A stretch of DNA of 35,301 nt from assembly GCA_964580635.1 (NCBI GenBank), contig CAZOMF010000002.1, positions 1 through 35,301 of the forward strand. Direction: 5' to 3'. Made by a program: the position numbers and the translations under genes. A model generated the notes under the pieces. It made no database searches. It saw nothing but the letters and a program-made list of their open reading frames with translations, and had not been told where the DNA came from. Numbering within the stretch: position 1 is the first letter of the stretch; every line of letters begins with the position of its first letter. Below are positions 11,054 to 18,310 of the stretch, piece by piece. The DNA is from an uncultured Dehalococcoidaceae bacterium. GTDB taxonomy: Bacteria > Chloroflexota > Dehalococcoidia > Dehalococcoidales > RBG-16-60-22.

Positions 11054-12010
11054 CTATTCCTGCACTACTTTCACGGAGGTCATCCTCCAGACGAGCAGTC
11101 GTGCGACAACGTTGATCACCAATGTCACGGCGAACAGCACGAGGGCCAGCTCGACGAGACTGGAAACGAAAATCTGGTTGGGGGCCTCGCCGAACTCACC
11201 GGCGATCTTGCTGGCGATGGTGGTGCCGGGCGAGAAGAGCGACGAGGTGACGATATATTTGTTGCCGATGACCATGGTGACGGCCATCGTCTCGCCGAGG
11301 GCGCGGCCGAGGCCCAGGATGATCGCCCCGACGAGTCCGGAACGGCTGTAGGGCAACACCGCCCGCCGGATGGTCTCCCAGCGCGTGGCGCCCAGGGCCA
11401 GCATGGCTTCCCGCTGGGTGTTGGGCACGGCCCGCATGATGTCCCGGCTCATGGCGGTGATGATGGGGATGACCATGATGGCCAGTATGATGCCCGCCGA
11501 GAAAAAGCTCAGCCCGCCGAATATCGACCCCCGGAAAAGCGGGATGAAACTCAAGTGGCTGCGCATCCACGTCTCGACCGGGTTGCCGATGAAGGGCGCC
11601 ATCACGAACAGTCCCCACAGGCCGATGATGACGCTGGGAATGGCCGCCAGCATCTCGATGAGGAACGAGCCGGGCCCGCGTATCCAGGCGGGGGCCAGCT
11701 CCACCAGGAAGATGGCGGCGCCGAGGCTGACGGGTACCGCGATGAGCAGTCCGAGGACCGAGCTCACCAGCGTGCCGAAGATGGCCGGCAGGGCGCCGAA
11801 CTCATTGGTCACCGGGTTCCAGGTGGTGCTCCAGAGGAAGCTCCAGCCGAACTTGTGGATGGAGTCCCTGGCGTCGAGGCCGAGAATCGCGATGGAGCCG
11901 ATCAGAATGACGACGATACTGAGGGCAAAAATGAGCGTCAGATTGGAAAATATACTGTCGCTGAGACGGGAGTGACGCCGGGGTTTTTTCGCGGTCGCTT
12001 CTACGTTCAC
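11054..12010 (-). CDS. pstC: Phosphate ABC transporter permease PstC
   Basis: 318 aa, 6 TM, EAA loop REAMLALGATRWETI. GTG start at 12010. First gene of the pstCAB-phoU string. Confidence 0.9.
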   Translation of the reverse strand: MNVEATAKKPRRHSRLSDSIFSNLTLIFALSIVVILIGSIAILGLDARDSIHKFGWSFLWSTTWNPVTNEFGALPAIFGTLVSSVLGLLIAVPVSLGAAIFLVELAPAWIRGPGSFLIEMLAAIPSVIIGLWGLFVMAPFIGNPVETWMRSHLSFIPLFRGSIFGGLSFFSAGIILAIMVIPIITAMSRDIMRAVPNTQREAMLALGATRWETIRRAVLPYSRSGLVGAIILGLGRALGETMAVTMVIGNKYIVTSSLFSPGTTIASKIAGEFGEAPNQIFVSSLVELALVLFAVTLVINVVARLLVWRMTSVKVVQE

Positions 12011-12211
12011 ATCGCTCTCGGCCGGCCCTCGGTCCGGCAGCAGATTGAGGGGTTTTACTTTACCAGCGGATAGCTGCTCCGGAGTGCCTGGTCAAAGGGT
12101 TCCTCCGTAATGATTGTACACTATGTGAAAGCGGTTGATGACCCGGGACGGCTGCCTGTCCCACCGCCGGCGAAGGTCCGTCTGACCTACGTTTTCATTA
12201 TCGGGTCGGCA

Positions 12212-12271
12212 CTTTAACACGGCGTTAGGTTTTTGTTAAGGCAGGTAAAGGGGAGGTTAACGTTTTGTTAA
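12212..12271 (-). promoter_or_regulatory. Array of six 11-bp-phased TTAACA-like hexamers (candidate Pho boxes)
   Basis: On the minus strand: TTAACA aaacg TTAACC tcccc TTTACC tgcc TTAACA aaaac CTAACG ccgtg TTAAAG. Hexamers start (plus-strand coordinates) at 12266, 12255, 12244, 12234, 12223 and 12212, giving spacings of 11, 11, 10, 11 and 11. This matches the Gram-positive PhoP-type consensus TT(A/T/C)ACA with about 5-nt spacers. A GATAAT -10-like hexamer (12202-12197) lies 9 nt downstream. Confidence 0.55.
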
Positions 12272-12380
12272 ATCAGGGGAGTGCCCTTGGCGGGACGCAA
12301 CTTTATTCCCGCAGGGTCGCCGGTATATAATGGGGCAAGCCGGACCGCGGCGCAAAATCGTCAGAGGAGATTATCCGTCC

Positions 12381-12587
12381 ATGCCATCGATCGAGTATCA
12401 GAAAGTAATGAGCGAGATTGTCTACATCAATCTGCCGGCTCCGTCCGAGCCAACTCCCGGCATGTCCGGGATGGAGATACTGCACGGCTTCCTGGGGGAG
12501 TTCTACAACACGCACGACGATACGGTGAAGAAATTCACCAGCGACATGTGTCTGAAATGGAACGTCCATTTCCGCGCCAAGAAATAG
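12381..12587 (+). CDS. Hypothetical small protein (68 aa)
   Basis: ATG at 12381 with GAGGAG 11 nt upstream. MPSIEYQKVMSEIVYINLPAPSEPTPGMSGMEILHGFLGEFYNTHDDTVKKFTSDMCLKWNVHFRAKK. The composition looks protein-like, but I recognise no family. Confidence 0.35.
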   Translation: MPSIEYQKVMSEIVYINLPAPSEPTPGMSGMEILHGFLGEFYNTHDDTVKKFTSDMCLKWNVHFRAKK

Positions 12588-12689
12588 CGAACGTTCTGAG
12601 ATACCATTCATAAAGGCGGTTCCGTAACGGGAAACGAGCTTGTACCGTGGACCAACCTTGAAATAGTCATCCGGCTGGCGGCGGCCGCC

Positions 12690-13034
12690 GTGGCCGGGGC
12701 GGCCATCGGCTGGGAGCGCCAGGCTCAGGCCAAGCCGGCCGGCGTGCGTACTCACAGCCTGGTGGGTCTGGGGGCGGGACTGCTTACCTCGCTTTCGATC
12801 TACGCCTTCACGCCGGGGGCGGACATCTCCCGAGTGGCTTCGGCGGTGGTCATCGGCATCGGTTTCATCGGGGCCGGGATGATCATGGTGCAGGAGCAGA
12901 AGGTGCGCGGGCTCACCTCGGCGGCCACCGTCTGGGTGGTGGCCGCGGTCGGTATCTCTTTCGGGGCTGGCTACTACATTCCGGCCGTTGTCGCGGCGGT
13001 CCTCACCTTCATCGTCCTCCGGTTGCCCTGGTAG
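12690..13034 (+). CDS. MgtC/SapB-family membrane protein (5' end uncertain)
   Basis: Family signature AIGWERQ...AGVRTHSLVGLGAGL followed by further TM helices. The homologous first helix (NLEIVIRLAAAAVAG) lies upstream of the only canonical start, GTG at 12690. See findings. Confidence 0.7.
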   Translation: MAGAAIGWERQAQAKPAGVRTHSLVGLGAGLLTSLSIYAFTPGADISRVASAVVIGIGFIGAGMIMVQEQKVRGLTSAATVWVVAAVGISFGAGYYIPAVVAAVLTFIVLRLPW

Positions 13035-13055
13035 ACCCGGACTGCGTATCAGGGC

Positions 13056-13706
13056 CTAGTGGTCGAGGGAGACGATCCCGTTCTTGATGGCGTAGCGGGT
13101 GAGGTCGGCGCGGTTGTGCAGGTTGAGCTTACCCATGATGTTGGAGCGGTGGGTCTGCACGGTGGTGGGACTGAGGAAGAGCCGGGCGGCGATCTCCTGG
13201 TTATTGTAGCCTTCTCCGATCAGCTTCAGCACTTCCATTTCCCGGTTGGTGAGCCCGTCCTGCCGGTCCCGGTCCGCCGCCGGTCGGCCCCGCTCCAGGT
13301 AGCCGGAGAGGAGCTTCTTGGCCATGGTGGGGTAGAGGAAGACATCGCCGCGGGCGACCGCCTTGAGCGCCGAGATAAGCTCCTCCGAGGAGCCGCCCTT
13401 CACGAAGTAGCCGGACGCGCCGGCCTCCAGCGCGTTGAAAAAGTACTCGTCCTCCTCGTGCATGGTAAGGATGAGGACCTTGACATCGGGGTGCTCGTCA
13501 TTGATGCGGCGGGCGGCTTCCAGGCCATTGACGCCCGGCATGGTGATATCCATCAGCACGACGTCCGGGTGCAGCCGGACGACTGCTTCGAGGGCCTCCT
13601 CGCCGCTGGTGGCCTCGCCGACAACCTCGACGCCCTCGCAAGGCTCCAGCAAGGCCCGCAGCCCCTCCCGGACGATAACGTGGTCATCCACGATCAACAC
13701 CTGCAT
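13056..13706 (-). CDS. Response regulator, NarL/LuxR family (REC + GerE-type HTH)
   Basis: 216 aa. REC domain (MQVLIVDDH..., phospho-acceptor context VVLMDITMPG) and C-terminal HTH LTNREMEVLKLIGEGYNNQEIAARLFLSPTTVQTHRSNIMGKL. ATG at 13706 with AAGGAG upstream. Confidence 0.92.
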   Translation of the reverse strand: MQVLIVDDHVIVREGLRALLEPCEGVEVVGEATSGEEALEAVVRLHPDVVLMDITMPGVNGLEAARRINDEHPDVKVLILTMHEEDEYFFNALEAGASGYFVKGGSSEELISALKAVARGDVFLYPTMAKKLLSGYLERGRPAADRDRQDGLTNREMEVLKLIGEGYNNQEIAARLFLSPTTVQTHRSNIMGKLNLHNRADLTRYAIKNGIVSLDH

Positions 13707-13731
13707 TGCTCTGGCTCCTTTATCTCTTTGG

Positions 13732-15543
13732 TTATACCGTCGCCTGGTCCAGGGGGATGGTCACCGTCATGCGGGTGCCCGTCCCGGGGACGGACTCGAT
13801 GGCGAACGTGCCATGCAGGAGCGTCGTCCGCTCCTGCATGCCGAGGATGCCCAGCGACTGCTTGCCGGCCTTTTCCCGCAACACCTCTTCCACGTTGAAA
13901 CCGCTGCCGTTATCGGTGATCTCGATGCGGAGCACGCCGTCCGCCGCTTTCAGGTTGATGCTGACCTCGGTGGCCCCGGCGTGCTTGACGACGTTGTGGA
14001 CCGCCTCCTGGATGATGCGGAACACTGCTATCTCCGTGTCCGGCTTGAGGCGGGAACCGACGCCGGCGTGGTCGAAAGTGATGTTAAGGCCGATGTCCGA
14101 CTGGACGGTCGAGAGGTAGGCCCGCAGCCCGGCCACCAGGCCCAGGTCGTCGAGGGAGGAAGGCCGCAGGTCGAGGGTGAGTTTCCGCATCTCGGCGAGG
14201 GTCTTCGTCAATATGTCCTTCGTTTTCCCGAGCTTGGTTAGGAAGGCGGGTTTTTCGCTCTCGGCCATGTCCTCCAGGGACTCCACGTTCATGATAAGTC
14301 CGGTGAGGGTCTGGCCGTACTCGTCGTGGAGTTCCCGGGCGATGCGCTTGCGCTCCTGCTCCTGGGCGTCGATGACGTTCTCCAGGAGGCGCCCGCGCAG
14401 CTCTTCCTTGTCCTTGGCCGCCCGGTAGTTGTCCATGATCTCGTTGCGTGACCGGGCTATCTCCTGACGCATGGTATCGAAGGCGGCGCTCAGTTCGCCG
14501 ATCTCGTCGTTCCGCTGCCGGGGCACCTCGACGTCGTAGTCGTGGACCGACATTTTTCGGGCCGCCCGGGTCAGCTTCTTGATGGGGTCCACCACGGACC
14601 GGGTCAATGCCAGGAGCGGCAGTACCATGAACCCGAGCATGATGCCCCCGAAGGCGAGGAACTGGTGCTCCAGGTGGCCGGTCGCCGCGAAGGTCTCGTC
14701 CTCCGACTGCCGGATGACGACGCCCCATCGCGTCGCGGAGAGCGGGGCGAAGGCGAGCACGTCCTTGCGGCGCTGTACGCTGGAGCCGGCCGTGTGGCAG
14801 CGGTGGCAGGTGCCGACGGTCGGCTGGTGCTCGTCGATGAGGGCGGCGAAACGGCCCGGGTGGTCGCTCGTCTCGAACGGCGAAGGCGGCGTGCCGGGGG
14901 CGGTCCGCGCCAGCACGATGCCGTTACCGTCGATGATCTCCAGGTAGCCGGTCTGGCCGAGCGCAATGTCCTGCCCGAAGGTCTCGGTGCTTATCTGACT
15001 CACGTTCAATGAGCATGACAGCACACCGGCCACGCCGCCGGTGGCGCTCATGAAGGGAACGCTGACCAATACCGTGGGAACGGAGGAAAATACCCCGGAG
15101 ACCAGGTTGGAGATGTCCGGGTTGCCGGAGGTCAGCACTCGCTGGAAATCCGGCAGGTCGGCCAGTGTGGTGCCGGTGAGATTGCCGCCGGCCGGGTCGG
15201 CATCGATGATCTTACCGGTGCTGCCGGTGAGGAAGACGTGGTCGATATCGATATCGAGTTTGCCGAGGTCCGTCCGGAGCTCCTGCGCGAAGGACGTAAA
15301 GCGGGCGCCGTCCGGCAGGGACGGCTCGGACTGGATGGCCTCGCCGACGTGACCGAGGACGTAGTTCAGCGTCTGGTCGAGGCGCCCGGCCAGCACGCGC
15401 GCCAGTACGAGCCGCTCGTCGAGGGCGGTATCGACGCTCTGCCGGACCGACTGCACACCGAGCCAGCTGAACACCACCAGGACGATGAGCAGTGTGGCGA
15501 GGGCCAGCAGCATGACCCGTCCCCTGAGCGAGAGTGCCTTCAA
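13732..15543 (-). CDS. Sensor histidine kinase (HisKA_3 type) with a CxxCH motif in the extracytoplasmic sensor domain
   Basis: TM1 (res. 11-30), a roughly 255-aa outside domain, TM2, HAMP, H-box RIARELHDEYGQTL, and ATPase boxes HNVVKHA, DNGSGF and GILGMQER. CHRCH lies at residues 246-250. The start is either TTG at 15543 or ATG at 15513. Confidence 0.9.
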   Translation of the reverse strand: MKALSLRGRVMLLALATLLIVLVVFSWLGVQSVRQSVDTALDERLVLARVLAGRLDQTLNYVLGHVGEAIQSEPSLPDGARFTSFAQELRTDLGKLDIDIDHVFLTGSTGKIIDADPAGGNLTGTTLADLPDFQRVLTSGNPDISNLVSGVFSSVPTVLVSVPFMSATGGVAGVLSCSLNVSQISTETFGQDIALGQTGYLEIIDGNGIVLARTAPGTPPSPFETSDHPGRFAALIDEHQPTVGTCHRCHTAGSSVQRRKDVLAFAPLSATRWGVVIRQSEDETFAATGHLEHQFLAFGGIMLGFMVLPLLALTRSVVDPIKKLTRAARKMSVHDYDVEVPRQRNDEIGELSAAFDTMRQEIARSRNEIMDNYRAAKDKEELRGRLLENVIDAQEQERKRIARELHDEYGQTLTGLIMNVESLEDMAESEKPAFLTKLGKTKDILTKTLAEMRKLTLDLRPSSLDDLGLVAGLRAYLSTVQSDIGLNITFDHAGVGSRLKPDTEIAVFRIIQEAVHNVVKHAGATEVSINLKAADGVLRIEITDNGSGFNVEEVLREKAGKQSLGILGMQERTTLLHGTFAIESVPGTGTRMTVTIPLDQATV

Positions 15544-15614
15544 ACGCCTGAACAGAATGTACCCTCCAAATCCGTTCGTCGTCCCGGTCGTCCCGGGCGA
15601 ACCTTTTTCTAATT

Positions 15615-15643
15615 TACCACAATGTGGTAGTAATTTCTATAAT
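15615..15643 (+). promoter_or_regulatory. 15-bp perfect palindrome at the -35 position, plus a TATAAT -10, upstream of the decaheme cytochrome gene
   Basis: TACCACA A TGTGGTA (15615-15629), with TATAAT at 15638-15643. The hexamer at -35 distance (TACCAC) is a poor -35, as in activator-dependent promoters. The site lies in the divergent region between the kinase/regulator operon and the cytochrome gene. Confidence 0.4.
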
Positions 15644-15861
15644 GGAAGGGACTACTCGGGGCGTTGTACCCCGGCCTACTTTGGAAAATGTAGCCTCGAT
15701 TTACTCGTTGGAACGTATGCGCCCGAGCCCGGCTGTCGCGTAAAATAGGCATAAGCTAAGAGTGGACCGTCCCGGTACGTCCGGCAAATTTCCCGTTTGG
15801 CAAGGAAAATCCCTGTCCGTGCGTCACTGACGGTCACCGAGAAAGGTGGAAAGAGGTCGAT

Positions 15862-18102
15862 ATGAAGAAACGAATTTTATGGGGGGTAGTGGGGCTGGCC
15901 GGTCTGCTGGTAATGGCGCTGCTGATCGTCTCATGCCAGGGCTCGCCGGGGGCAACCGGTCCGGCGGGAGCGACCGGACCTGCGGGACCCGCCGGGCCAG
16001 CCGGACCTGCCGGCGCCACCGGCGCAACCGGTCCGCAGGGACCGGCCGGACCAGCCGGGCCTGCCGGCCCCATGGCTCCCGGCATCGATACCGGGGAGAA
16101 CGTCACCGTGCAGATTTCCCAGCCGGCCAACGGGCAATACCTGGCCGTGGGCGAAGCAGCGACGGTAACCGTGATGCTGAAGGACAACTACGGGAACGCC
16201 CTGTCCCGGTCGGACTTCAGCACGCTCAGTCTGTACCTCGATGGTCCGCAGGAGACCACCGAGACGGTTACGGCCGTAAAGATGCTCAACGCGAGCACCG
16301 ACCGCAGCCAGAACCCGCACTACTACATCGATCTCCTGACGAACCCTGACGCGCAGGAGAGCAACGGTGTGGTCACCTACAAGCTCCAGCCGGTCAGCGA
16401 CGAGCTGCCCGGGACCTACATGGTCGGCGTCAGGGCGATCAAGAAGGACAACGCGCTGGACCAGAGCTTCCCGCTCCAGAGTTTCCAGCTCGGTACCGCG
16501 ACGGTGGAGGCCCAGATAGTGAGCGCCGACAACTGCGGCAGCTGCCACTACGATGCCCTGAACGGGCAGTACTACCTTCATCACACCCAGGTCTCCAGCC
16601 GCAGCGCGGTCGGCAGCCCGGCCCTCGATTCGCTGCCGGTCGAGACCTGCAAGTTCTGCCACAACAACGACGGCTACGCCGCTTACCACGGCAATATCGA
16701 CGATCCCTCGGCCGGGACCGACGTCGAGACCCCGGATCCCATCGTGCGGCGCGTGCACGGCGTCCATATGGGCTCCCAGCTCGAGAACCCGTTCAATACC
16801 GATAACGCCACCGGCAACTTCGCGGACTTCACGTCCGTCGTGTTCCCGGCGAATGTGGAGAACTGCACCGCCTGCCATACCGATGACCGGTGGAAGACCG
16901 AGCCGTCCATCGAGGCGTGCGGCTCCTGCCACGACAACATCTGGTTCGGCCCGGTGGCCGATATGCCGGCCACGGCCGAGGCCCATCCCGGCGGCCCGCA
17001 GTCGAACGACCAGCTGTGCAGCGCCTGCCACCCGGCGGATGGCCCGTCGCCTTCCGTCTCTGGCGCTCACGACGTGACGCAGACGCTCGATACACTCGAT
17101 ATCACCATGACGCCGCCGGCCAACGGCAAGTACTACGTCGACGGCGAAGCACCCAAGATCACCATCAACGTCCTCGACGACAACGGCAACGTCGTCGACC
17201 CGACCATGGTCACGGATGCCAACTTCTCAGGGGCCGACCTCTTCGTCTACGGCCCGCGCGACATGGCCAGGCCGGTCCTCACCCTCGCTTCCCATGACCT
17301 CGGCACCGGCTACGACAATCCCAACGACCTGCTCGATCCCGCCGCGGACCCGGCCATCTCCGTGACGGCGTCCGGTATCACCTACCAGCTCGATGCCATC
17401 CAGGGTCTCGATGCCGGCACCTATATGGTGTACTCCTTCATCAACCCGAAGGAAGGCGCGGTCGCCGACATGACGGCCAACTCGGCCATCGGGCTGATCA
17501 ACTTCCAGGTCGGCACGGCCACCGTGGAACCCAAGATAGCCGAGAACTGCACCGACTGCCACGGCAATACCATCTGGCATGACGACGGCACCCATATCCA
17601 TCCCGAGCCGTTCGATACCGACTACTGTCTCGCCTGCCACGACTACGGCCGCGGCGGCACCGGCGACCTGTGGGCCGCCATCGGCGGGAACTCCACCAGC
17701 GGCTTCGCCGGCTACGGCGCCCAGCCGCTCTCGAACCGCGTTCATGGCGTCCACTACGGCGCCTACGTGGCTAATCCGGACTACATCACCTCCAACGGCG
17801 CCTTCTCGGACGTCGTCTTCCCGCAGGACATCAGGGATTGCCAGAAGTGCCACGATTCGAACACCTCCGGCGCCTGGAACTCCGACCCGAACCGGCTGGC
17901 TTGCAGCGGCTGCCACAACGATGGCACCGCCCTCGCTCACATGAATACGATGATCGATAACTTCAACCGGCTCGATCCGTACAGCGAGGACTCCACCCCG
18001 GCCTGCGAGATCTGCCACGGCGCCGATGCCGACTTCGCCCCGGCCAAGGTACACAGCATCGCCAACCCGTACGTACCGCCGTACCCGCGCGCCGGCGGCT
18101 AG
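15862..18102 (+). CDS. Lipoprotein decaheme c-type cytochrome with a collagen-like stalk (MtrC/OmcA-like domain layout)
   Basis: 746 aa. Signal peptide plus lipobox LIVS-C25. (G-X-Y)15 at residues 27-71. Ten CxxCH motifs at C225, 263, 335, 353, 386 and C563, 589, 660, 681, 715. The internal duplication is visible: QLGTATVEAQIV..NCGSCH vs QVGTATVEPKIAENCTDCH; RRVHGVHMG vs NRVHGVHYG; FTSVVFPANVENCTACH vs FSDVVFPQDIRDCQKCH. AAGAGG lies 5 nt upstream of the ATG. Confidence 0.9.
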   Translation: MKKRILWGVVGLAGLLVMALLIVSCQGSPGATGPAGATGPAGPAGPAGPAGATGATGPQGPAGPAGPAGPMAPGIDTGENVTVQISQPANGQYLAVGEAATVTVMLKDNYGNALSRSDFSTLSLYLDGPQETTETVTAVKMLNASTDRSQNPHYYIDLLTNPDAQESNGVVTYKLQPVSDELPGTYMVGVRAIKKDNALDQSFPLQSFQLGTATVEAQIVSADNCGSCHYDALNGQYYLHHTQVSSRSAVGSPALDSLPVETCKFCHNNDGYAAYHGNIDDPSAGTDVETPDPIVRRVHGVHMGSQLENPFNTDNATGNFADFTSVVFPANVENCTACHTDDRWKTEPSIEACGSCHDNIWFGPVADMPATAEAHPGGPQSNDQLCSACHPADGPSPSVSGAHDVTQTLDTLDITMTPPANGKYYVDGEAPKITINVLDDNGNVVDPTMVTDANFSGADLFVYGPRDMARPVLTLASHDLGTGYDNPNDLLDPAADPAISVTASGITYQLDAIQGLDAGTYMVYSFINPKEGAVADMTANSAIGLINFQVGTATVEPKIAENCTDCHGNTIWHDDGTHIHPEPFDTDYCLACHDYGRGGTGDLWAAIGGNSTSGFAGYGAQPLSNRVHGVHYGAYVANPDYITSNGAFSDVVFPQDIRDCQKCHDSNTSGAWNSDPNRLACSGCHNDGTALAHMNTMIDNFNRLDPYSEDSTPACEICHGADADFAPAKVHSIANPYVPPYPRAGG
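15940..16074 (+). repeat. Collagen-like G-X-Y triplet repeat (15 triplets) inside the cytochrome gene
   Basis: GSP GAT GPA GAT GPA GPA GPA GPA GAT GAT GPQ GPA GPA GPA GPM. Nearly every copy uses different synonymous codons (ggt ccg gcg / gga cct gcg / gga ccc gcc / ggg cca gcc ...). Confidence 0.9.
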
Positions 18103-18130
18103 CACCACACTCACCCGACATGGAAAACCA

Positions 18131-18165
18131 GGGGGGTGGCCCAGCGGGCCACCCCCCGTCTTTTA
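18131..18165 (+). terminator. Intrinsic terminator after the decaheme cytochrome gene
   Basis: GGGGGGTGGCCC agc GGGCCACCCCCC (12-bp stem) followed by GTCTTTTAT. Confidence 0.85.
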
Positions 18166-18202
18166 TGCAGCCACTTTCATCTGACCATACGGCTTTTTAT
18201 TT

Positions 18203-18246
18203 ACCCGATATATCGGGTTGAAATGCCGTCGTATTCGACCTATAAT
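18203..18246 (+). promoter_or_regulatory. Near-consensus promoter with a 16-bp palindromic operator, upstream of selenoprotein gene 1
   Basis: Palindrome ACCCGATATATCGGGT (18203-18218) abuts TTGAAA (18218-18223), then a 17-nt spacer, then TATAAT (18241-18246). The ATG at 18311 is preceded by GGAGGA. Confidence 0.6.
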
Positions 18247-18310
18247 GACCAGAATGAAAATCCGGCCCGGAATCTCTCTTTGATCGCACACCGGGCGGCG
18301 GAGGAAGTGT

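Noticed and set aside
12303-12755. 150-aa minus-strand ORF in the pst/MgtC intergenic area
   Set aside because: It has no RBS, overlaps the MgtC-like N-terminus and the 68-aa ORF on the other strand, and has an R/G/P-rich composition.
15242-15257. 16-bp palindrome TCGATATCGATATCGA, resembling the CGATATATCG operator core
   Set aside because: It lies inside the kinase coding region and is explained by the codons for LDIDID. Its core differs from the promoter-associated motif.
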